43,695 bases of DNA from IMG/VR virus record IMGVR_UViG_3300046788_000415, positions 1 to 43,695 of that record. One strand, 5' to 3'. This DNA comes from a virus (Duplodnaviria; Caudoviricetes). Positions within the stretch are counted from its first letter, which is position 1. Every line of letters starts with the position of its first letter. The translations under genes and the position numbers were made by a program. Under the pieces are notes generated by a model. That model worked only from the letters and a program-made list of their open reading frames with translations. It ran no database searches and was not told the DNA's origin. Positions 1 through 8,348 of the stretch are shown one piece after another.

Positions 1-127
1 CATCTGGGATGGCCAACGACACCGGAAAACCCACCACCACGTCACCGTCGAACACGGCCTACTCCGCCAGCTCTACAACGCCGCCATCATCCCCACCATC
101 ACCGGCACCGACGAGGGCGGCGGCACC
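1..127. repeat. Terminal direct repeat, copy 1 (identical to 43569-43695)
   Basis: Exact match from catctgggatgg to ggcggcacc; lies inside a gene, consistent with a circular-assembly overlap. Confidence 0.95.
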
Positions 128-562
128 ATCCCCCGCAGCCGGCCACCCCTCGAAGTCGAAGCCCTGTCCCGGCACCAGCAGATCACCACGACAGCGCACG
201 GCTGGTGCACTGGCCTTGGCCTCCAAACCCGGGCCACCGCTGAGTCCAACATCCGGGCCCTCGTCGGCGCCGCCGGCAACCTCGAGGAAACCCACCAGAA
301 GCTCCTCCTCGCCGACCTGCGACGGTGGACCGGCTGGTGCCGCGTCTACCTCGGCCTGGAACAGGTCCGGCGTATCCCCGGCGTCCGCTGCCCGATCTCC
401 GCCTGCAACCAGTTGGGCACGTTGCGGATCAACCTGACCACCTCCCACGGCCTGTGCACCGCCTGCGGCGCCACCTGGAACCGAGACACCATCGGCGTAC
501 TCGCCGAACACATCAAGACCAACCGGGCGGCGGCACGCGAGGCCGCCGAGATGGGAGCATGA
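2..562 (+). CDS. 3' part of a gene spanning the contig junction (starts at 43498); C-terminal Zn-ribbon protein
   Basis: Frame 2 is open from base 2 to TGA 560-562 and continues the ORF from ATG 43498; ends CPISACNQLGTLRINLTTSHGLCTACGATW; absent from the ORF track. Confidence 0.85.
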   Translation: MWDGQRHRKTHHHVTVEHGLLRQLYNAAIIPTITGTDEGGGTIPRSRPPLEVEALSRHQQITTTAHGWCTGLGLQTRATAESNIRALVGAAGNLEETHQKLLLADLRRWTGWCRVYLGLEQVRRIPGVRCPISACNQLGTLRINLTTSHGLCTACGATWNRDTIGVLAEHIKTNRAAAREAAEMGA

Positions 563-566
563 GCCG

Positions 567-899
567 ATGAGCGAGACAGTCAAGGTCCAGGTCAACACCG
601 AGGCCGAGATGTATCCCGTACTCGACATCCGCGAGGGCGACAGCCAGTTCGAGATCCCCGCCGCGCTGCTGGCCGCGCTCACTCACGCCCAGAAGGCCGT
701 GGCCGCCGCCGAGACCGCGATCATGGAGTACATCGGCGCGGCGTACCCAGGTCCGACCGCTGTCCACGAGTGGCTGGAGGACGCCGCCCTCGAAACCGCG
801 CAGGCCAGCTACGCCGCCGAGCACCCCGACGGACCCGAATGGCGACTCGTGCCCGTGCGAGAGCGCCAGCGGCTCATCGATGCCGCCAAGGTCCGGTGA
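567..899 (+). CDS. Hypothetical phage protein
   Basis: ATG after GGGAG, high GC3, coupled to next gene by GTGA. Confidence 0.8.
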   Translation: MSETVKVQVNTEAEMYPVLDIREGDSQFEIPAALLAALTHAQKAVAAAETAIMEYIGAAYPGPTAVHEWLEDAALETAQASYAAEHPDGPEWRLVPVRERQRLIDAAKVR

Positions 900-1318
900 C
901 CGGCGTGGACGAGCTCCTCACTTGGCTCCGGCAGCAGCTGGACGAGGACGAGCGGATGGCCCGCGCTGCTGCCGATCTTGCCAAGACGGCCGACTGGTGG
1001 GCCAGCGCCGAGGGCAGGGTGCACGACGCCAACGCCCCGGGCTGTCGCAATCTGCTCGGCGGAGAGTATGCCTGGAGCCTCGACGACATCGGCGCCCACA
1101 TCGCCCGCTGGGATCCGGCCCGCGTGCTGGCCAAGGTCAAGGCCGATCGGCGCATCCTGGAGATCCATCACCACATCGAGTGCAAGCACGACAACTACGG
1201 CCCAAGCGGGGACTGCGCGGAGTGCGGGAACGAGTACCCGTGCGAAACGGTCCACCTGCTCGCCCAGGCGTACGCCGGACAGCCCGGCTGGCGAGAGGAA
1301 TGGCGGATCGATGTGTGA
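896..1318 (+). CDS. DUF6221-family protein
   Basis: GTG 896; LLTWLRQQLDEDERMARAA...HIARWDPARVLA...PCETVHLLAQAYAGQPGWREEWR matches this actinophage family pattern. Confidence 0.8.
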   Translation: MTGVDELLTWLRQQLDEDERMARAAADLAKTADWWASAEGRVHDANAPGCRNLLGGEYAWSLDDIGAHIARWDPARVLAKVKADRRILEIHHHIECKHDNYGPSGDCAECGNEYPCETVHLLAQAYAGQPGWREEWRIDV

Positions 1319-1685
1319 CAGCTGCTGGCGCGACGCCGGCTCACCCACCGAGCGCACGCCCGACACCGCGCGCCTGGTCGAGCTGATCGGCAAGCTCTAC
1401 GAGATCCACGCCACCGGCGGACCGCTCCACAGCGTCCTCGACGACTGGAACCTCGACACCGCGGTGATCGAGCCGTACTACGACGGCTGGCGAGCCGAGG
1501 ACCTTGACGCGCTCTGGTACGGCGACATCCCGTTCGCCGAGCTGGACCCGCTGGCGCCCGCCGTGGTCGAGCGGCTCGGGGTGAGCACGCGGGCGCTGTG
1601 CGACGAGATCGCGGCGCTGCTGAACGCCATGACCGTGACGCAGCGGATCTCGGCGCTGGCGTACGCGGATGGGTTCGCGAGCTAG
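1311..1685 (+). CDS. Hypothetical phage protein (N-terminal CxxC; GGPLHSVLDDWN)
   Basis: ATG 1311 overlaps previous gene; high GC3. Confidence 0.75.
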   Translation: MCDSCWRDAGSPTERTPDTARLVELIGKLYEIHATGGPLHSVLDDWNLDTAVIEPYYDGWRAEDLDALWYGDIPFAELDPLAPAVVERLGVSTRALCDEIAALLNAMTVTQRISALAYADGFAS

Positions 1686-1693
1686 GAAAGGCC

Positions 1694-1951
1694 TTACTTC
1701 GATCTATCCGTCTGCTCGTCTCGACGGATGGCCGCAAGCCGCCGCTCGATGTACCCGTTGTGCTCCCGTAGGGCCGCTTCGACGTAGGCCGTGAGGTTGC
1801 CCTTGGGCTTGCCGTCCAGCGCTGCCAACTCGTCCGCGAGCCGCTGGCTGCGATCCCAGATCGGGCCCATGCGCAATGTGCGGAGCTTCTTCTGTCCGGT
1901 GGTCGAGCCCTTCGGCCGGCCACCTCGGTTGCGCGGCGCCTCGTCTGTCAT
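1694..1951 (-). CDS. Ribbon-helix-helix-like DNA-binding protein
   Basis: GGRPKG...LRTLRM strand followed by two predicted helices (NLTAYVEAALRE); own leaderless promoter. Confidence 0.65.
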   Translation of the reverse strand: MTDEAPRNRGGRPKGSTTGQKKLRTLRMGPIWDRSQRLADELAALDGKPKGNLTAYVEAALREHNGYIERRLAAIRRDEQTDRSK

Positions 1952-1957
1952 GCCGCA

Positions 1958-2037
1958 AGCGTATACACAAAAAACTTCCCTGACAAGGCCATATGGGCTT
2001 GCGCTGAGGCTCTCCCTGAGCTAGACTTTGTATATAC
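1958..2037. promoter_or_regulatory. Back-to-back promoters with inverted 11-bp operator-like sites
   Basis: Minus strand TTGTCA(1986-1981)-17-TACGCT(1963-1958); plus strand TTGCGC(1999)-17-TAGACT(2022); GTATACACAAA (1961-1971) and TTTGTATATAC (2027-2037) are 10/11 inverted matches. Confidence 0.65.
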
Positions 2038-2066
2038 AGAGAACGACGAAGACCAGGGAGAACGAA

Positions 2067-2261
2067 ATGGACGCCAAGGTCAAGATGATCCAGATGATCG
2101 AGAAGCTCGGCGGCAACGAGGACCAGATCCTCAACTTGATCGAGAAGCTCACCGAGCAGGTCCGGGCCGACATGAAGGACGACATCCTGATCGAGCTCAA
2201 GGCGATGGGCCGGGACGAGACCCTCAGCGACGCGGCCGACATGATCAGGTCGAACTTCTGA
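2067..2261 (+). CDS. Small acidic helical protein (64 aa)
   Basis: SD AGGGAG, ATG 2067, own promoter and terminator. Confidence 0.8.
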   Translation: MDAKVKMIQMIEKLGGNEDQILNLIEKLTEQVRADMKDDILIELKAMGRDETLSDAADMIRSNF

Positions 2262-2267
2262 GAGGCC

Positions 2268-2293
2268 AGGGCCGGGAAACCGGCCCTCTCTTT
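2268..2293 (+). terminator. Intrinsic terminator
   Basis: AGGGCCGG-GAAA-CCGGCCCT followed by CTCTTT. Confidence 0.7.
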
Positions 2294-2327
2294 ATGCCCC
2301 GGAATGACACGTTTCAAACCGGGCTAC

Positions 2328-2403
2328 TTGACGCTGGCTAGATCACCAGGCGAAGATTGCCGCAAGTGAACCCTGCCCGGGAACAAACCGGCGCAGGGTT
2401 TCT
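2328..2403 (+). promoter_or_regulatory. Candidate late promoter followed by a terminator-like hairpin
   Basis: TTGACG-18-GAAGAT (weak -10); hairpin AACCCTGCCCGG/CCGGCGCAGGGTT at 2369-2400 just before the head operon. Confidence 0.4.
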
Positions 2404-2425
2404 GCATTCCCAGGGGGTTGGGCAG

Positions 2426-2782
2426 ATGGCTCTCCGGGTGTGCGCATGCGTGGGCTGCGCAGCGCACCCCGGAAGCTGCCCCGAACTCACCCCAGCCCGA
2501 CACTGCGAGGACTGCGCACGACAGCGCGAGCAGACACGAGGCAGCAGACAACAGCGCGGATACGACGCCGAGCACGACACGCTGCGCCGCAAGTGGAAGC
2601 CCAAGGTCGAACGCTGCACCGTCCACTGCCACGCCGAGACATGCCTCATGACCAGCGGCCGGCTCATCCTGCCCCAACACGCGTGGGACCTGGGCCACAC
2701 AGCAGACCGCACCGCATGGACAGGGCCAGAGCACGCGGCATGCAACCGCAGTGCCGGCGGAAAGGCAGCGCACAGCCAATGA
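2426..2782 (+). CDS. HNH-type endonuclease associated with DNA packaging
   Basis: Cys-rich N-terminus, SRQQRGYDAEH, WDLGH...GPEHAACNRSAG; upstream of TerS. Confidence 0.75.
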   Translation: MALRVCACVGCAAHPGSCPELTPARHCEDCARQREQTRGSRQQRGYDAEHDTLRRKWKPKVERCTVHCHAETCLMTSGRLILPQHAWDLGHTADRTAWTGPEHAACNRSAGGKAAHSQ

Positions 2783-3024
2783 CCAGCACCGTCATCGTCG
2801 AGTCAGAGCGATACGACGAGACACTGCGCTTGGTCGGTGACGAAGACTGCGGCGTCAGCGTGGACTGCAAGCTGTGTGACCGACGCGGACTGCCCATCGC
2901 CTACCTGCTCACCTACGACGGCGACACCACCTACGCAGGCAACGCCGACGTCCAGCGTGTGCACACCATCACCGCGCTGATCGACGCAGGCCAACAGCAC
3001 CTGTGGCAGCTTCACGCAGCGTGA
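2779..3024 (+). CDS. Hypothetical protein (CxxC)
   Basis: ATGA overlap with the HNH gene. Confidence 0.7.
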   Translation: MTSTVIVESERYDETLRLVGDEDCGVSVDCKLCDRRGLPIAYLLTYDGDTTYAGNADVQRVHTITALIDAGQQHLWQLHAA

Positions 3025-3110
3025 CCATGGGGTGGGGGAGACCCCCAACAGCCAGGGGCCGCAGTACCGCCGGGGAGGGCGCTCCCTGGTCAGCAGGGTT
3101 GGAACTTTCC
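3025..3110. other. Putative cos (packaging end) region
   Basis: Non-coding gap between HNH cluster and TerS containing CGCCGGGGA (3068-3076); positional inference only. Confidence 0.4.
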
Positions 3111-3156
3111 GACCGTCACGCGATGTGACGGTCTACCCGACGCCGCGCGATGCGGC
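3111..3156 (+). promoter_or_regulatory. Two GCGAT-loop hairpins before TerS
   Basis: GACCGTCAC-GCGAT-GTGACGGTC and GCCGC-GCGAT-GCGGC immediately 5' of the TerS SD. Confidence 0.6.
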
Positions 3157-3173
3157 CGAAGGAGATGAACGCC

Positions 3174-3641
3174 ATGCCGAAGGGCACCAACACCAATTCC
3201 GGCCCACCGCCGGACCCGAACTCGCTGAACTCCGCCCGCCGCGGCCTGGTCTTCACCGCGTTGCCGGCCGAGGGCTACGACGGCGGCGCTCCGGAGTTCC
3301 CGCTACCGGAGTGCACGTACAACGAGACGTCGCTGTGGCTGTGGGCGTGGAGGCAGCCCCAGGCGGCCGCGTGGGCCAAGGAGCCGTGGCGCTGGCCGAA
3401 CGTGGCCTTGTGGGTGCGGACCTTCATCAAGTGTGCTGCTGAGGACGCCAAGGCTGCCGAGGTGAACAGCCTGCACCGGCTCGCCGACGAGATCGGCATG
3501 AGTACGTCCGGCCTCCGGCTGAACGGCTGGAAGATCGCCTCCGACCAGCTGGCCGAGAAGCGCGCTGAGAAGGCTCCGACTCCGGCCGCGCCGAGCGCGC
3601 GGGACCGGATGAAGGCGCTTCGTGGCGCCGCCGGCCAGTAG
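3174..3641 (+). CDS. terS: Terminase small subunit
   Basis: SGPPPDPNSL...WRQPQAAAW...LADEIGMSTSGLRLNGWKI actinophage TerS pattern; SD AAGGAG; precedes TerL. Confidence 0.85.
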   Translation: MPKGTNTNSGPPPDPNSLNSARRGLVFTALPAEGYDGGAPEFPLPECTYNETSLWLWAWRQPQAAAWAKEPWRWPNVALWVRTFIKCAAEDAKAAEVNSLHRLADEIGMSTSGLRLNGWKIASDQLAEKRAEKAPTPAAPSARDRMKALRGAAGQ

Positions 3642-5250
3642 GCCGTCACTCGGGCCGCTCAACTGTTGCTGGATCGAGGCTCACTGCGTCATCCCGGACC
3701 GGGATGACCGCGGGAAGCCGTTCCGGCTCTACGACGAGCAGCTGACGTTCTTCGACCGGCACTACGAGCTGAAGCCGACCGCCCAGGTCGGCCAGCTGGC
3801 CCCCGCGTTCGTCCACCGGCGTTCGCTGCTGGTCCGCCCGCAGAAGTGGGGCAAGGGGCCGTTGACGGCGGCCCAGGTATGTACTGAGGGCGTCGGGCCG
3901 GCGCTGTTCGCCGGATGGGCCGAGGGCGGCGAGGTCTACGACTGCCGCGATCACGGCTGCGGCTGCGGCTGGTCGTACGAGTACGAGCCGGGCGAGCCGA
4001 TGGGCCGTGCCTGGGCGACACCGCTGATCCAGATCACGGCGCTATCGGAGGAGCAGACCGAGAACATCTATGGCGCGTTGCGCCCGATGATCGAGTACGG
4101 GCCGCTCGCCGAGGTCATCCCGCGCACCGGCGAGGAGTTCATCCGCCTTCCCGGCGGCGGCCGGATCGACACGGTGACCAGTTCGGCTCAATCCCGGCTC
4201 GGGCAGCGCGTCACGTTCGTGCCGCAGGACGAGGTTGGCCTGTGGACGGCCACGAACAAGATGCTTCGGGTCGCCGACACCCAGTACCGCGGCCTCGCCG
4301 GCATGGGCGGCCGGGCGGTCCTGACGACGAACGGCTGGGATCCGGCGGAGGCGTCGGTGGCGCAGCTGGCGTACGAGTCGCCGGCGACGGACATCCTGCG
4401 GGACTTCGTGCAGGCCCCGGCGAACCTGTCGTACGGCAACAAGGCCGAGCGGCGCAAGATCCACCGCATCGTCTACGGCGACTCGCTGAAGTCCCGCGGC
4501 GGCCACATCGACCTGGACTCGATCGAGGCAGAGGCTGCCGACCTGGCGGCCCGGGACATCGGCCAGGCTCAGCGCTTCTTCGGCAACATGATCGTCTACG
4601 GCGCTGGTTCGTGGCTCGACGGCGACCTCTGGGACGCCCGTGCGCGCCCGCGCGAGGTGCCTGCGGGTACCGCCGTGGTGGGTGGCTTCGACGGCTCCGA
4701 CGTGGACGACTGGACGGTCCTGCGGCTGCAGACCGAGGACGGATACCAGTTCACCCCGCGCTACGGTCCCGACCGGCGGCCGGCGATGTGGAATCCGGCC
4801 GAGTTCAACGGCCAGGTACCCCGCCTCGAGGTCGCGGCCGCGATCGAGGAGGTCTTCGAGACCTTCCTGGTCGGCCGGCTCTATTACGACCCGCCCGGCT
4901 GGAAGTCCGAAGGCCAGGACTGGGAATCGAAGTACGGCGAGAAGGTCGCCATCCGCTGGGAGACCTACCGCCTCACGCAGATGCATGCTGCCGCGGTCCG
5001 GCTGCACACCGACGTCTGCAAGACGGACACCGATTTCACCCACGATGGCGACGCCCAGATCGCGGTCATGATCCGTAACGCCCGCAAGCTCGCCCGGCCG
5101 GGCATGCGGTACGTGCTCGGCAAACCGTCGCAGCAGCAGAAGATCGACGGCGTCATCAGCTCGATCCTGGCCAACGAAGCCGCCGGCGACGTGACCGCGG
5201 CCAAGCTCTGGCCAAAGAAGAAGTCCGGGCGGATGCTCGTTCTCAGATAG
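3622..5250 (+). CDS. terL: Terminase large subunit
   Basis: Walker A RPQKWGKG, Walker B VPQDE, nuclease GFDGSDVDD and KIDG; start position uncertain. Confidence 0.95.
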   Translation: MAPPASRPSLGPLNCCWIEAHCVIPDRDDRGKPFRLYDEQLTFFDRHYELKPTAQVGQLAPAFVHRRSLLVRPQKWGKGPLTAAQVCTEGVGPALFAGWAEGGEVYDCRDHGCGCGWSYEYEPGEPMGRAWATPLIQITALSEEQTENIYGALRPMIEYGPLAEVIPRTGEEFIRLPGGGRIDTVTSSAQSRLGQRVTFVPQDEVGLWTATNKMLRVADTQYRGLAGMGGRAVLTTNGWDPAEASVAQLAYESPATDILRDFVQAPANLSYGNKAERRKIHRIVYGDSLKSRGGHIDLDSIEAEAADLAARDIGQAQRFFGNMIVYGAGSWLDGDLWDARARPREVPAGTAVVGGFDGSDVDDWTVLRLQTEDGYQFTPRYGPDRRPAMWNPAEFNGQVPRLEVAAAIEEVFETFLVGRLYYDPPGWKSEGQDWESKYGEKVAIRWETYRLTQMHAAAVRLHTDVCKTDTDFTHDGDAQIAVMIRNARKLARPGMRYVLGKPSQQQKIDGVISSILANEAAGDVTAAKLWPKKKSGRMLVLR

Positions 5251-5258
5251 GGGGATTC

Positions 5259-6731
5259 GTGCTGCTGTCCCCCGACCAGTGGCTTGCCCGACTGATCCGG
5301 TCGCATTCTCCGCTGCTACCGCAGTTGAAGGACCTGAACGACTACTACGAGAACGACCCACCATTCTCGTACATGCATCCGGAGCTGATCCGCGAGCTTG
5401 ACGGCCGGCTGCAGCAACTGCTGCTGAACTGGTCGGCGCTGGTCGTCGACACGGTCGAAGAACGCGCCGACCTCGAAGGTTTCCGGCTGGCGAACGCGGG
5501 CACGGCCGACAAGGACCTGTGGTCCATCTGGCAGGCCAACGACCTCGACGAGGCCAGCTCGCAGGCCCACGTCGACTCCCTGGTCTTCGGCAGGTCGTTC
5601 GCGATCGTCGGTGCCCCGGACGAGCCGGGTGATGAGCCGATCATCACGGTGGAGTCGCCGCTCGAGGTGCACGCCGAGTGGGATCCGCGTACCCGCGAGG
5701 TCGTGGCCGCGTACAAGACATGGTCGGAGGAGCTCGGCGACGGCTCGAAGGTCGAGCACGCCACGCTGTATCTGCCCGACGCGACGTCGTGGTGGGTGAA
5801 GCGGGCCGACGCCTGGGACATCGACGGCGAGTATCCGCCGGACGAGCACGGCCTGGGCATGGTTCCGGTCGTGCCGATCGTGAACCGTCCTCGCATCTCC
5901 CGATCGCGTAAGGGCTTCGGCGGGCCGGCCGGCGCGTCGGAGATGCAGGGTGTCATCCCGGTGGTCAACGCGGTCAACAAGATCGCTACGGACATGATGA
6001 TCTCGGCCGAGTTCCACGCGATGCCTCGCCGCTGGGCGCTCGGCTTCGGCCCGGAGGACTTCCAGGACGAGAACGGCAATGTCGTGTCGACCTGGTCGAA
6101 GATCGCCGGCCGGATCTGGGCGTCGGAGAAGACCGCCACCGACGGGGCGGCCATCGGCCAGTTCCCTGAGGCGCAGCTGTCCAACTTCCACGACACGGTC
6201 AAGTTGCTCGCGACGATGACCGCGGCCCTCTACGGCCTTCCGGCGACGTACATGGGTCTCGCCTTCGACAACCCGCCGTCCGCTGACGGCATCCGCTCGC
6301 TGGAGGCCCGGCTGATCAAGCGGGCCGAACGGAAGCTGCGGGCCTGGGGCGGCTCGTGGGAATGCGTGATGCGCCTTGCCGACCGGATCACCACCGGCGT
6401 CGAGCGCGAGGAATTGGAGCAGCTGGAGACGCAGTGGGCGGACCCGGCGACACCGACGATCGCACAGAAGGCCGACGCCGCGGTGAAGCTATTCACGGCG
6501 GGGATCACGACCAAGCGGCAGGCGCGGGAGGATCTCGGCTACTCCGCCGAGCAGCAGGCCCGGATGTTGCAGGACGAGACCGACGAGGCGAACCAGACCG
6601 CGAGCCTGTTCAAGCTGCCCACGGCCGCCGAGCAGCAGGGTCGGCCAGTCGCTGCGCCGACACCGATGCCGGGCATGCCGATGCCGGGCATGCCGCCGAA
6701 GCCCGGCGACGTCAATGCTCCTGCCGCCTGA
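5259..6731 (+). CDS. Portal protein (SPP1 gp6-like)
   Basis: NWSALVVD, IWQANDLD, FHAMPRRW, PPSADGIR, WADPATPT motifs; follows TerL. Confidence 0.93.
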   Translation: MLLSPDQWLARLIRSHSPLLPQLKDLNDYYENDPPFSYMHPELIRELDGRLQQLLLNWSALVVDTVEERADLEGFRLANAGTADKDLWSIWQANDLDEASSQAHVDSLVFGRSFAIVGAPDEPGDEPIITVESPLEVHAEWDPRTREVVAAYKTWSEELGDGSKVEHATLYLPDATSWWVKRADAWDIDGEYPPDEHGLGMVPVVPIVNRPRISRSRKGFGGPAGASEMQGVIPVVNAVNKIATDMMISAEFHAMPRRWALGFGPEDFQDENGNVVSTWSKIAGRIWASEKTATDGAAIGQFPEAQLSNFHDTVKLLATMTAALYGLPATYMGLAFDNPPSADGIRSLEARLIKRAERKLRAWGGSWECVMRLADRITTGVEREELEQLETQWADPATPTIAQKADAAVKLFTAGITTKRQAREDLGYSAEQQARMLQDETDEANQTASLFKLPTAAEQQGRPVAAPTPMPGMPMPGMPPKPGDVNAPAA

Positions 6732-7713
6732 TCTGCTCGACCTCGCCCGCCTGCATCGTGTCCGTCAGCAGGAACTCGCCCGCCGAGCCTCGGCGCTGGC
6801 CGGCCAGCTGTGGACGACCGTCGACCCGTCAGCCGCCGCCGCGTCGTGGCAGGGCCAGCCAGGGCCGGCCGCTGTCCGTGCGGTGACTCTCGCTCAGGTC
6901 GCCGCCGCGCAGGGCGCCGACGACTACGTGGCCGCGGCGCTCGCACACCAGAACGTCTCGGGCACCGCCGACGGGCAGACCTCAACCCAGGCGCTGTCCG
7001 GAGTCGCCTCCGACGGCCGGCCCCTCGATTCGCTGCTCGAGCAGCCCGCGCTTGAGGTCGACACGCTTACCGCCGGCGGCATGGACCCGTCGGCCGCCCA
7101 GGTGATCGGCGGCGCACACCTGGCCCGGATCATCGCCACGCAGATCGCTGACGCGGCCCGGGTTGCCACCGGTGTGGCAACTGTGGGACACCGCGGCGCG
7201 CACGGCTACATCCGGATGCTGTCGGCGCCGAGCTGCTCCCGGTGTGTCGTGTTGGCCGGCAAGTTCTACAAGACCAACCAGGGTTTCCGCCGGCATCCGT
7301 TGTGCGACTGCGTGCACATCCCGGCCGCCGAGAATCTGCACAGCGCACTGACCTCACCGCGCGCCTACTTCGACTCGCTCGATCCGGCCGAGCAGAACCG
7401 GGTCTTCACGACCGCTGGCGCCCAGGCGATCCGGGACGGCGCCGACGTCGGCCAGGTCGTCAATGCCCGTCGCGGAGCCGCCGGCCTGTCGACGGCGGGC
7501 GCTCGGGTTTCCGCCGAGGAGGCTGCCCGGCTACGCGCCGGCCGAAAGATCGGCCGGCTGCAACGGGTCGACGTCTTCGGTCAGAAGGTGTTCGTCACCC
7601 GCACCGGTGCGACCCGCGGGAAGCCCCGGCTGATGCCGGAGTCGATCTACGAGATCGCCAAGGACCGCGCGGAAGCCGTCCGGCTGCTGCGCCTGCACGG
7701 ATACATCCTCTGA
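6715..7713 (+). CDS. MuF-like minor head / capsid morphogenesis protein
   Basis: CSRCVVLAG...FRRHPLCDC motif; between portal and scaffold. Confidence 0.8.
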   Translation: MLLPPDLLDLARLHRVRQQELARRASALAGQLWTTVDPSAAAASWQGQPGPAAVRAVTLAQVAAAQGADDYVAAALAHQNVSGTADGQTSTQALSGVASDGRPLDSLLEQPALEVDTLTAGGMDPSAAQVIGGAHLARIIATQIADAARVATGVATVGHRGAHGYIRMLSAPSCSRCVVLAGKFYKTNQGFRRHPLCDCVHIPAAENLHSALTSPRAYFDSLDPAEQNRVFTTAGAQAIRDGADVGQVVNARRGAAGLSTAGARVSAEEAARLRAGRKIGRLQRVDVFGQKVFVTRTGATRGKPRLMPESIYEIAKDRAEAVRLLRLHGYIL

Positions 7714-7757
7714 CCTGGCGCGATGCCGGGTCATTTGCACGAGAGGTCGCGATGACC
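7711..7757 (+). promoter_or_regulatory. Two GCGAT-loop hairpins before the scaffold gene; the second contains its start codon
   Basis: TGACCTGGC-GCGAT-GCCGGGTCA (one G-U pair) and GGTC-GCGAT-GACC with ATG 7752. Confidence 0.6.
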
Positions 7758-8348
7758 GACAAGTACACCTGGTTCACCCTGAGCCGGCACAACGAGCCGG
7801 ACCCGCCCGCCGATCCGCCGACGGATCCACCTGTCGATCCTCCCGCCGATCCGCTCGGTGACGCGGGCAAGAAGGCGTTGCAGGAGGAGCGGGCGGCACG
7901 AAAGGCGGCCGAGAAGGCCCTGGCTGAGCGCGATGCGAAGCTGCGGGAGTTCGAGGACCGCGACAAGACCGAGACCGAGAAGCAGGTAGCGGCCCGCGAG
8001 GCTGCGGAGAAGCGTGCGGTCACCGCGACCGCCCGCGCGGTCCGGGCCGAGGTGAAGGCCGCGGCCGGCGAGTTCGCCGACCCGACCGACGCCGTGGCGC
8101 TGCTCGGTGACCTGTCGAAGTACGCCACCGGCGACGACATCGACGCCGACGCCATCACCGCGGACCTGACCGCCCTGCTGGAGCAGAAGCCGCACCTGCG
8201 CAAGGCGGCCGTGCGTACCGGCCCACGCCCGGATCCGTCGCAGGGTGGCGGACGCGAGGGTGGGCCGACGGACTTCAAGACCGCCGACTCCGCGGCCTTC
8301 GCCGCCGAGCTCGCCAAGTACGGCCTCCGACCGCAGTCCTACTCGTGA
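7752..8348 (+). CDS. Capsid scaffolding protein
   Basis: SD GAGAGG; DPPx repeats, LGDAGKKALQEER, coiled coil, KPHL; N-terminal WFTLSRH. Confidence 0.88.
   Translation: MTDKYTWFTLSRHNEPDPPADPPTDPPVDPPADPLGDAGKKALQEERAARKAAEKALAERDAKLREFEDRDKTETEKQVAAREAAEKRAVTATARAVRAEVKAAAGEFADPTDAVALLGDLSKYATGDDIDADAITADLTALLEQKPHLRKAAVRTGPRPDPSQGGGREGGPTDFKTADSAAFAAELAKYGLRPQSYS

Noticed and set aside
9-437. 142-aa Ser/Pro-rich ORF from the track
   Set aside because: Out-of-frame shadow of the junction-spanning gene in frame 2
6663-6695. 15-bp tandem repeat (PMPGM twice) in the portal tail
   Set aside because: Low-complexity disordered C-terminus, common in actinophage portals
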